From: Thermodesulfobacteriota bacterium
GTDB taxonomy: Bacteria; Desulfobacterota; Binatia; Bin18
Reading direction: 5' to 3'
Length of the DNA stretch: 64,000 nt
Assembly (NCBI GenBank): GCA_964291405.2
Contig: OZ219926.1
Location: 768,001 to 832,000, forward strand
The position numbers were made by a program, and so were the translations under genes. How positions within the stretch are numbered: the first letter of the stretch is position 1; every line of letters begins with the position of its first letter. Of this stretch, positions 13,562-21,657 are shown in pieces. The notes beneath the pieces were generated by a model. The model did no database searches and was not told where the DNA came from. It saw only the letters and a list, made by a program, of their open reading frames with translations.

Positions 13562-15460
13562 GTGCGACAGAAACTTTACGACTATCTCGCGGACCGGCCA
13601 GGTGGAGCAACCTCGGCCGAGTTGCTCCACGAGATTTTCGTCTCGGGTGCGATTGCCCCCTTTCCTTCTCAACGTGACCCGGAGCTGGGCGCGCGCCTCA
13701 TCCATGCGGCCCTTGGCGCTGATCAACACTGCGCCTACGATGCGAAAACAGACCGTTGGACGCTCACGCTCCACGTCGACCTCAATCGACCACTCCGCGA
13801 TATCCAGTTTGTCGTTCTCGACCTCGAAACAACCGGTCTCAAGCCCGGCAAAGCGGCCATGACTGAAGTCGCCGCAGTTCGAGTCGGCCACGGGAAGCTT
13901 GACGAGGAGTTTCATACCCTACTCAATCCGGGCCAGCATGTTCCAGCCGGGATAACCCGTTTGACCGGCATCACCGATGCCATGCTCAGAGACCAGCCGC
14001 AGATTGAAGAAATCTTTCCTCAGTTACAGCGTTTTCTCGGTCAGGCAGTCATCGTTGCCCATAATGCCAGCTTTGACCTTGGCTTCCTCAACTTTGACGC
14101 GCAGCGTCTCTCTTCTGTCCCTTTACGAAACTCCTCAGTCTGCACCCTGAAGCTGGCTCGACGACTCTTATCTGGCATTCGGTCCCGTTCGCTCGACTCG
14201 GTCGCTGCCCACCTTGGCGTCTCGTATCCGACCCAACATCGTGCCTTGGCCGATGCACGGGTGACGGCGGAAATCTTTTGTATTTTTCTGGAGCAGCTCG
14301 TCCAACAAGGGGTCACCACGCTTGGTCAGCTACTCGAGTTTCAACAGAGCGCCCGCGATGGCCGCCGTTTTGAATGTTTTGTCCCCCGCCCGACGCTGGC
14401 AAATATTCCGGCAAGCCCTGGAGTTTATCGGATGCTCGACGCCGAGGGGAAGCTGCTCTACATCGGCAAAGCCAAGAATCTTCATCGTCGAGTCAACTCC
14501 TATTTCACCAATTCTGCGGGACACAGCGACAAGGTCCTCGATTTGGTCCGCCACGCGCGCGACGTTGTCTACGAACAAACCGGCTCGGAGCTTGAGGCGT
14601 CGTTACGCGAGGCTAGCCTGATTCGCGCCCTCAAACCACCGTATAATCGACTTTCCAAGCATCTCCCCCGGGTCGCATTTCTCAAGCTCAGCGTCAGGAA
14701 TGCCTATCCCCGCCTGTCGGTCACGGCAAAGCCAGGAAGTGATCGTGCCCTGTATATTGGCCCGTTCCGCAATCGCGACTTCGCCGAACGAGCCCAGCGA
14801 CTTCTAGCTCGACTTTTTGGCCTCAGAACCTGTCCGGGCAACCTCTCACCGACTCCTGAGGCGTCGCCTTGCGTGAGCGGTCAAATTGGCGCCTGTACCG
14901 CGCCGTGCGTAGGACGGGTCTCCCGCGAGACCTACCGGGAGCAAGTGCAGCGTTTCAGCGCGGCGCTCAGTGGTGAAGTCCCAATACTGCGAGAGACGTT
15001 AATCACAAAACGTGACCGTCTTGCCGCGGATTTACAATACGAAGGGGCCGCCCGCCTACAGCAGGATATCGAGTTGCTCGACCACGTTCTCCATCTGCAT
15101 CAGCGCTTTCATTGGATTGTGACGCGGGCGAATGCCTTGCTCTTATTGCCCAGCCGCCAAACCGGAACGGCCCAGGCCTATCTTGTCCTCAACGGACGTC
15201 TGATCGAAAACCGCGCCGTCTCCAGTCTTGGCGACCTGGAATGTCTGGCGGCCCTCGCGGATGAACACTTTAATACAGACCGTGATGTCCCTTTACGGCC
15301 TCACGAAATTGACGCCAGCGTGATTCTCTCCGCTTGGTTGCAGAACCCGGAGCAAGCGCAGAGCGCCGTTTTTTCGATTAGCGCCCCGTCGACACTCGGC
15401 AACCAACTGGACGATCTTCAAACAGCCCTGAGCGACCTCCAGCGGATTGAGTTTGCGTGA
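13562..15460 (+). CDS. DEDDh (DNA pol III epsilon-like) exonuclease fused to a UvrC-like GIY-YIG endonuclease
   Basis: Exonuclease motifs VLDLETTG, AHNASFD and HRALADA; nuclease motifs PGVYRM..LLYIGKAKNL..RV.SYF and KPPYN; Cys cluster; UVR coil AADLQYEGAARL. Confidence 0.9.
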   Translation: MRQKLYDYLADRPGGATSAELLHEIFVSGAIAPFPSQRDPELGARLIHAALGADQHCAYDAKTDRWTLTLHVDLNRPLRDIQFVVLDLETTGLKPGKAAMTEVAAVRVGHGKLDEEFHTLLNPGQHVPAGITRLTGITDAMLRDQPQIEEIFPQLQRFLGQAVIVAHNASFDLGFLNFDAQRLSSVPLRNSSVCTLKLARRLLSGIRSRSLDSVAAHLGVSYPTQHRALADARVTAEIFCIFLEQLVQQGVTTLGQLLEFQQSARDGRRFECFVPRPTLANIPASPGVYRMLDAEGKLLYIGKAKNLHRRVNSYFTNSAGHSDKVLDLVRHARDVVYEQTGSELEASLREASLIRALKPPYNRLSKHLPRVAFLKLSVRNAYPRLSVTAKPGSDRALYIGPFRNRDFAERAQRLLARLFGLRTCPGNLSPTPEASPCVSGQIGACTAPCVGRVSRETYREQVQRFSAALSGEVPILRETLITKRDRLAADLQYEGAARLQQDIELLDHVLHLHQRFHWIVTRANALLLLPSRQTGTAQAYLVLNGRLIENRAVSSLGDLECLAALADEHFNTDRDVPLRPHEIDASVILSAWLQNPEQAQSAVFSISAPSTLGNQLDDLQTALSDLQRIEFA

Positions 15461-15493
15461 GATTCAGCGGAGAGTACGAAGATCTTTAGGGAC

Positions 15494-15522
15494 TTGCGAC
15501 CCGCCGAACCGCCCCCTATAGT
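15494..15522 (+). promoter_or_regulatory. Putative sigma70 promoter giving a near-leaderless mRNA
   Basis: TTGCGA, 17 nt, TATAGT, 9 nt, then ATG 15532; no Shine-Dalgarno. Confidence 0.55.
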
Positions 15523-15531
15523 TTGCCCACC

Positions 15532-17202
15532 ATGACAGCAACGGCACGTCTGCAGGAATTACTCAAGCAGCCCGATCCAGCTTTGGTTCTGGGGGCACAC
15601 GACGCCCTGTCTGCCCGGCTGGCCCAGGAGGCCGGATTTGATGCCATCTGGGCCAGTGGTTTTGGCATCTCGGCTACCAACGCCATGCCGGATGCCAATA
15701 TACTCACAATGAGCGAGACCCTGGAGGCGGTGCGGCGGATGAGCACCGCAGTGAATATTCCGGTGATTGCCGATTGTGATAACGGCTTTGGCAACGCCAT
15801 TAACGTCATACGCACGGTGGCCGAGTACGAGCATGCTGGGGCAGCCGGCATTTGTATTGAAGATAATATCTTTCCCAAACGATGCAGCTTTTACGCCGGA
15901 GTCCAACGCGAACTCGTCCCGATTGACGAGCACGCCCGAAAAATCCAGGCCGCGACGGCCGCACGGCAGAATGCCGACTTTGTCATTATTGCCCGCACGG
16001 AAGCTTTTATTGCCGGTTGGGGGAAACACGAGGCACTACGTCGAGCCCGTGCCTATGTTGAAGCAGGCGCTGATGCCATCCTCATCCATTCCAAAGCAGC
16101 AACGTTTGATGAAGAACTGAGAGATTTTGCGGCAAGCTGGGATATGCCCTGTCCGCTCGTATCCGTACCAACAACCTATGCCGATATTACTGCCCACGAC
16201 CTTGCGGCCGCCGGTTTTCAGCTCGTTATTTTTGCCAACCAGACCCTGCGCGCCGCTGTCACCGGAATGCGAAACGCGTTAACGACTCTCAAACGAGAAG
16301 GCCGACCGGCGGCGGTTGATAAACAGATTGTTACCTTGTCCGAAATCTACGACCTCGTTGGTGTGCCCGACCTCCAAGCCAACGAAAAGAAATTTCTCGT
16401 CCCCGGCGGACATGAGGTGACCGCGATTATTATTGCGGCCGGCTTTGAGGAGGATCTCTTACCCCTGATCGAGGACCGTCCAAAGGCCATGCTTGAAATC
16501 AGAGGCAAGACCATTCTGGAGCGACAGATTCAGGTGCTGAACGAGTGCGGGGTCAAGGATATCGTCGTTGTCCGGGGCTATCACAAAGAGCGGATCAATC
16601 TGCCGAATATTCGCTACTACGACAATGACCGCTTCCGTGAGACTGGCGAGCTCGCCTCCCTCTTTCTGGCCGAGGCGGAGATGACGGGTCGCTTCCTCTT
16701 TCTGTATTCGGACATTCTTCTCGATCCTTCCATTCTCGAAAAATTGCTCAAGTCTCCAGCTGATATCAACATCGTGGTTGACCGTGCCTGGAACGATCAC
16801 GAACCGGGACAGACGGAGGCACGGAGGAAGAAGCCAGACTTGGTGGTCACCCAGAGACCGCCCAAGACAGGCTATCGCTACCTCCCAACCGCCGAGACCA
16901 CGACGCTGACGCAGATTGGCCAACATATTACACCACAGGATGCCGATGGTGAATTTATTGGCCTCGCCATGTTTTCCGCCTCGGGAGCGCAAGTCTTGCG
17001 GACGACCAATCAAGAGCTTCAGACGTTTACTGCGACACAGCGCTTCCATGAAGCCAGCACCCTGGAAACCGCAGCTTTCACCGACATGCTCCAAGAGCTC
17101 ATTGATCGCAACCACGACATCGCCTGTGTGGATATTTATAAAGGCTGGCTTGAAATCGATACCTTCGAAGATTACCGACGTGCCTGGGCAAAAATCCACT
17201 AG
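15532..17202 (+). CDS. PEP mutase/isocitrate lyase-family domain fused to a LicC/PntC-like cytidylyltransferase
   Basis: N-domain: GAHDALSA, WASGFGIS, IADCDNGFGN, EDNIFPKRCS, IARTEAFIAGWG, ILIHSK, VPTTY. C-domain: IIIAAG..RPKAMLEIRGKTIL, VRGY, YSDI, WLEIDTFEDY. Confidence 0.85.
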   Translation: MTATARLQELLKQPDPALVLGAHDALSARLAQEAGFDAIWASGFGISATNAMPDANILTMSETLEAVRRMSTAVNIPVIADCDNGFGNAINVIRTVAEYEHAGAAGICIEDNIFPKRCSFYAGVQRELVPIDEHARKIQAATAARQNADFVIIARTEAFIAGWGKHEALRRARAYVEAGADAILIHSKAATFDEELRDFAASWDMPCPLVSVPTTYADITAHDLAAAGFQLVIFANQTLRAAVTGMRNALTTLKREGRPAAVDKQIVTLSEIYDLVGVPDLQANEKKFLVPGGHEVTAIIIAAGFEEDLLPLIEDRPKAMLEIRGKTILERQIQVLNECGVKDIVVVRGYHKERINLPNIRYYDNDRFRETGELASLFLAEAEMTGRFLFLYSDILLDPSILEKLLKSPADINIVVDRAWNDHEPGQTEARRKKPDLVVTQRPPKTGYRYLPTAETTTLTQIGQHITPQDADGEFIGLAMFSASGAQVLRTTNQELQTFTATQRFHEASTLETAAFTDMLQELIDRNHDIACVDIYKGWLEIDTFEDYRRAWAKIH

Positions 17203-17261
17203 CCCTAAGATGGCTGGTACGAGCATCCAGGCTTGCGGTACGGTCTCGGGTGGGGTGCCCT

Positions 17262-18227
17262 ATGGACGTACGAAACATTAATACGCTTATTAAAGACGAG
17301 TACGCGTTTTTCTTGCGCGAGCGGGACAACTGGAGCCTGACCGCCGGTCCACAAGACCTTGAACTCGTTGCCCACGCGCTACGCGTTCTCTTGCACGCAC
17401 GAACCACTCCAGATTTCCTGGACGACTATCGCGCGCTCGTGGCCTGCCAGAATGGGGACGGCGGCTGGAGTCCCCTCTCTTCCAATACCGAGAGCACCGT
17501 CTGGGTGTCGGCGTTCTGCGGCCTCATGCTTATTCGCGGCAACCGTTTTCTTCGGCACGCGCAACTGACCGGGTCGGTCCAGCAAGCCATCGACTACTTT
17601 CTCGATACCCAGCACCAGGACGGCCGGTGGGTTGACCCGGCCTGGGCCGACCTGGATACGACCAGTCATCCGGTCAGTTTTTTTAATGTAGTCATGGCCT
17701 TGGGCGAAACCCACAGGCAGCAGGAGGTCCGGCACGCCTGGCAGCAGGGCATGCGCTTTATCATCGACAACCAGAGCCCGGATGGCGGCTGGTATGATGA
17801 TGAGTTTCATCCGTCTGGCGTAGAGATTACTGCCCACCTAATCCAAGACGCGCTGGTCGCCGATCTCGTTCTTGACCAACAGGTCAGCGGAGTCCGCGAG
17901 GCATGCGCCAAAGGGGCCGCCCGGTTATGTGACTGGCAAGCCCAGGCCGGCTCGTGGGACGAAGAGAACGTCGACCACACCATGGACTGTACGCGGTCGC
18001 TTATGCTGGTGACCCATATTCTACAAGAGCCCCACAAGCGTGAGACTATTCTGCGTGGCCTCGGTTGGATTCTGGACCATAAGAACGACCACGGCTGGGG
18101 CGACTTTCCAGGCATGGAGACAAATCTGGAGCGCACCTGTGACGGCATCGACACCCTGCTGAAATATCAAGCCTACCGTAACAGCGACACGCACGATGTT
18201 GTCAAACTCTGGGGGTATCTCCCCTAG
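17262..18227 (+). CDS. Prenyltransferase/squalene-cyclase repeat (alpha/alpha barrel) protein
   Basis: Five QW-like repeats (QNGDGGW, QHQDGRW, QSPDGGW, QAQAGSW, KNDHGW) and a DLDTT motif. Confidence 0.8.
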   Translation: MDVRNINTLIKDEYAFFLRERDNWSLTAGPQDLELVAHALRVLLHARTTPDFLDDYRALVACQNGDGGWSPLSSNTESTVWVSAFCGLMLIRGNRFLRHAQLTGSVQQAIDYFLDTQHQDGRWVDPAWADLDTTSHPVSFFNVVMALGETHRQQEVRHAWQQGMRFIIDNQSPDGGWYDDEFHPSGVEITAHLIQDALVADLVLDQQVSGVREACAKGAARLCDWQAQAGSWDEENVDHTMDCTRSLMLVTHILQEPHKRETILRGLGWILDHKNDHGWGDFPGMETNLERTCDGIDTLLKYQAYRNSDTHDVVKLWGYLP

Positions 18228-18247
18228 ACATCCGTTGCACCTGGTTT

Positions 18248-18571
18248 ATGCCGCCTCACGCTCCGGCAAAAAGCGGCTGGCAGGCAGTCTGCCAGGCCGA
18301 CGCACTTCTCCCAGGAGAACGGAAACTCGTTACAGCCAACGGCGTGGAGATTGCTCTTTTCAATATCGACGGAGCCGTTTTCGCCATTAACAACCGCTGT
18401 CCTCACCGCAAGGGACCCTTGATTCGTGGCTATACAGACAGTGCAGGCGGTATCAAATGTCCGATGCACGGCTGGCGATTTGATCTGCGGACCGGCCAGA
18501 GCCGACGGCCAGCCCAGGCCACGACGTACCGGACAAAGATTGAGAACGGCACGATTCTTCTTGCTCTCTAA
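18248..18571 (+). CDS. Rieske [2Fe-2S] ferredoxin (NirD/dioxygenase-ferredoxin-like)
   Basis: CPH...CPMHGWRFDLRTG Rieske ligand pattern. Confidence 0.9.
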   Translation: MPPHAPAKSGWQAVCQADALLPGERKLVTANGVEIALFNIDGAVFAINNRCPHRKGPLIRGYTDSAGGIKCPMHGWRFDLRTGQSRRPAQATTYRTKIENGTILLAL

Positions 18572-18711
18572 CCGACCTTAACAATAAAGGCCATTTCATT
18601 GCTCAACACACAGCGCTTGACTCTTATCCGTTAAAAAGCTGATGATGAAGAAGGCAGTTGGATTTGGGGGATACCATCCCTTCTGAGTGAGAATACTTTC
18701 CGGATCGTCTC

Positions 18712-19146
18712 ATGCAGACACACAAGCAGCGCAAACACCTTACTGCTTTCATATGGCTTCTTCTTTTGCTCCATCCCATTGTCGGAATGGGGATGGCTCA
18801 GGGAGCGGTCCTTTGCCTTACCCCCGATGGGCATTTTGCAATAGAAGTCCCTCATGCAAAGACTGGCTGCGTGGCCGCACACAAAGTTGCTCGTTCTCCA
18901 CTCTCTGAGACCTCACTTAAAAATCCGAGTAACTTACCGTGTTCGGATATCTCAGTCTTCGCAGATGGCTCGCACCTCACGATTCCTTCCGGAGGAGAAC
19001 TGCTGTCTCCGGCTTGTCAGCGGACCGTTGTTTTCATTTTATCGCAGCGGGAATCCTCTGCTCACCAACCCCTCCATTTTCAGGACGCTCTCGTCCCCCC
19101 ACCCTCTTCCTACACGTCTTTGCGTGGCATTATTCTCCTCGTCTAA
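18712..19146 (+). CDS. Small exported/membrane Cys-His protein leading the czc operon (CzcI/DUF2946-like)
   Basis: N-terminal hydrophobic segment, VLCLTPDGHFAIE, PCSDIS and a Pro-rich C-terminus; sits before czcCBA. Confidence 0.65.
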   Translation: MQTHKQRKHLTAFIWLLLLLHPIVGMGMAQGAVLCLTPDGHFAIEVPHAKTGCVAAHKVARSPLSETSLKNPSNLPCSDISVFADGSHLTIPSGGELLSPACQRTVVFILSQRESSAHQPLHFQDALVPPPSSYTSLRGIILLV

Positions 19147-19261
19147 ATCTCCACTATTTCAGTGCTGAAAAAGCTTGCGTTGGCGTCGTGCGCCGCGCGG
19201 CTGTCGTTTTCTTTGCCCAATAACGTTTCACGACCTCCAAAGACTTTTGGAGATGACAGAT

Positions 19262-20671
19262 ATGTTTTATCGCCTTATACACTCTCAACGTTTAGTCTTT
19301 TTGACCCATGTGAGCCTCGGCGTCTATCTACTACTGGAGCTGACAGGCTGTGGCACACTGCCTGTTGCGGAAAGCACACTTGAGCCACGTCGTTTAGGCC
19401 AAGAATACTCAACCTATAATGCTCCGCTCACGCCGTCGGAAGCAGAGACTCCCCCTCCCTTTGTAGAGCCACGCGGCGAACTGACACTCCGTTCGGCCCT
19501 GGTGGCAGCCCTCCTGAATAATCCGACCTTGGCCGCGTTTTCGTGGGAGGTTCGCGCTCGGGAAGCACGAGCCTTGCAAGCCGGCGTTCTCCCGAACCCG
19601 CAAGCGAGTCTTGAAATGGAGGAGTTCGGCGGAAGCGGTAACCGGACAGAGTTTGATGAAACAGAAACAACGCTCTCGTACAACCAACTCCTCGACCTCG
19701 GAGGCAAGCGGGCCAAACGTCAACGCGTGGCAACGTTGGAACGGGACTTAGCCGTGTGGGATTATGAAGCCCGACGCCTTGATGTCTTCACCGCTGTTGT
19801 CAAAGCCTTTGTGGTCACACTTGCTGCGCGGGAACGGGTCGCGCTCGCCGAAGAACAAGTGCAACTGGCAGAAGAAGCCCTCAGAACCGTGGGTCGGCAG
19901 GTCAAAGCCGGGGCAGTGTCACCTGTAGAAGAAACTCGTGCACGAGTCGCATTAGCCAGCAGCCAAGTCGAACTTGCGCTACGACAACGGAAACAGATTG
20001 CTACCCGGCTCCAGCTTGCCGCAACCTGGGGCAGCACGGTGGTCACGTTCTCAACGGTCGAAGGCGATTTAGAGCCTGTCATCCCGCCGCCAGCCGCTGA
20101 CGATCTCCTCCCGCACCTCATCCACAATCCTGACATTGCTCGCTGGCGGATGGAAAAAGAACAACGCCTCGCCGCGTTTGAACTGGAACAGGCCCGCCAG
20201 ATTCCAAACGTCGAGGTCGGCGCGGGCGTGCGATATTTCAATACAGATGATACTGCGGCGCTGATCTTTGAGACCCGCATGCCGCTCATGTTGTTCGACC
20301 GCAATCAAGGCGGCATTCAGGAAGCCTATGCCCGCTTAGCCAAGGCGGACGCGCAACAGCGAGCAGCAGAGATCCAGAGCCGGGCGGCCTTGGCGGCTAC
20401 GCATCAATCCCTGTTCTCTGCTTTTGAGCAGGTCTCTACACTGCGAGATACCATTCTGCCTCAAGCTCACTCCGCTTTTGAGGAAGTGAACCAAGCATAC
20501 CGGCGCGGGCTGTTTCGCTACCTGGACGTTTTAGACGCCCGGCGCACGCTGTTTAAACTGCGCGAACAGTATGTAGAGGCCCTCGCGAGCTACCACACGG
20601 CCGCAGCTGACGTGGAGCGCCTCATAGCCGAGCCGCTTCATGCTCTCAACCATACAGACGGGACACACTAA
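19262..20671 (+). CDS. czcC: CzcC-type TolC-family outer membrane factor
   Basis: Lipobox LTGC, ALLNNP, LPNP, LGGKRAKR, LFDRNQG and YLDVLDARR. The start may instead be 19253. Confidence 0.88.
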   Translation: MFYRLIHSQRLVFLTHVSLGVYLLLELTGCGTLPVAESTLEPRRLGQEYSTYNAPLTPSEAETPPPFVEPRGELTLRSALVAALLNNPTLAAFSWEVRAREARALQAGVLPNPQASLEMEEFGGSGNRTEFDETETTLSYNQLLDLGGKRAKRQRVATLERDLAVWDYEARRLDVFTAVVKAFVVTLAARERVALAEEQVQLAEEALRTVGRQVKAGAVSPVEETRARVALASSQVELALRQRKQIATRLQLAATWGSTVVTFSTVEGDLEPVIPPPAADDLLPHLIHNPDIARWRMEKEQRLAAFELEQARQIPNVEVGAGVRYFNTDDTAALIFETRMPLMLFDRNQGGIQEAYARLAKADAQQRAAEIQSRAALAATHQSLFSAFEQVSTLRDTILPQAHSAFEEVNQAYRRGLFRYLDVLDARRTLFKLREQYVEALASYHTAAADVERLIAEPLHALNHTDGTH

Positions 20672-20672
20672 T

Positions 20673-21644
20673 ATGAAAACAGACACACGATATCGCTCAG
20701 TCACTCACGTGCTCATCCTCCTCCTGCTTACACTGCTGTTTGCCTGTCATAGCGCAGAAAGTGAAGCGCCTCACGGTCACGACGAGGAGTACAGCCCCGA
20801 AGAGGGAGACGAACATGAAGAAGGGGTCGTGCAACTCTCCCCGGAGGAACTTACCGAGTTCAGTATCGAACTCGCTCGTGCTCAACCCGGCACAATTACA
20901 CGCACAGTTGAGCTACCGGGGGAAGTACAGCCAAACGAAGACCGGCTGGCGCATATTGTCCCGCGCTTTCCTGGCATCGTGACCACTGTCTACAAAAAGA
21001 CCGGAGATACGGTTCACGTACGCGAAACTCTCGCGATTATCGAGAGTAATGAGAGCTTGGCTCCATATGAACTCAAAACACTCACCGCTGGAACAGTCAT
21101 TGAAAAACACATCACCCGTGGCGAGGCAGTCACCCGTGAGAGTCAAGCATTTGTGATTGCCGACCTGAAAAGTGTGTGGGTCAATCTAAGCGTGTATCAG
21201 AAGGATTTACCCGGCGTGCGCGTCGGCCAGTCGGTCACGATTTCTGCAGACCACGGTCTCTCTGAAGCGACAGGAAAAATCTCCTACGTAACGCCGACCG
21301 TCGACGAGGAAACCCGCACGGCGACCGCACGGGTCGTCCTGTCGAATACCAAGAAGCAATGGCGGCCGGGGATGTTTGTCACCGGGCGTGTTGTGGTCGA
21401 GCGTACGGACGTACCGCTTGCGGTTCCCGTCATCGCCCTCCAGACGATGGCCGCCCAGACCATAGTGTTCGTCGAAACAGCCGAGGGCTTTCAGGCCCAG
21501 ACTGTGACGACGGGACGCGCTGATGACCGCTACGTAGAAATCCGAGAAGGGTTAAAGCCAGGGGAGCGCTACGTTAGCCGTGGGGGCTTTACCCTCAAAG
21601 CAGAGATGTCTCGTGAACAGTTTTATGATGGCCACGGACACTAA
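20673..21644 (+). CDS. czcB: CzcB-type RND periplasmic adaptor
   Basis: His/Glu-rich N-terminus, HIVPRFPGIV, IADLKSVWV, TRTATARV, WRPGMFV and C-terminal HGH. Confidence 0.88.
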   Translation: MKTDTRYRSVTHVLILLLLTLLFACHSAESEAPHGHDEEYSPEEGDEHEEGVVQLSPEELTEFSIELARAQPGTITRTVELPGEVQPNEDRLAHIVPRFPGIVTTVYKKTGDTVHVRETLAIIESNESLAPYELKTLTAGTVIEKHITRGEAVTRESQAFVIADLKSVWVNLSVYQKDLPGVRVGQSVTISADHGLSEATGKISYVTPTVDEETRTATARVVLSNTKKQWRPGMFVTGRVVVERTDVPLAVPVIALQTMAAQTIVFVETAEGFQAQTVTTGRADDRYVEIREGLKPGERYVSRGGFTLKAEMSREQFYDGHGH

Positions 21645-21657
21645 GGGGGCGGCGGCC

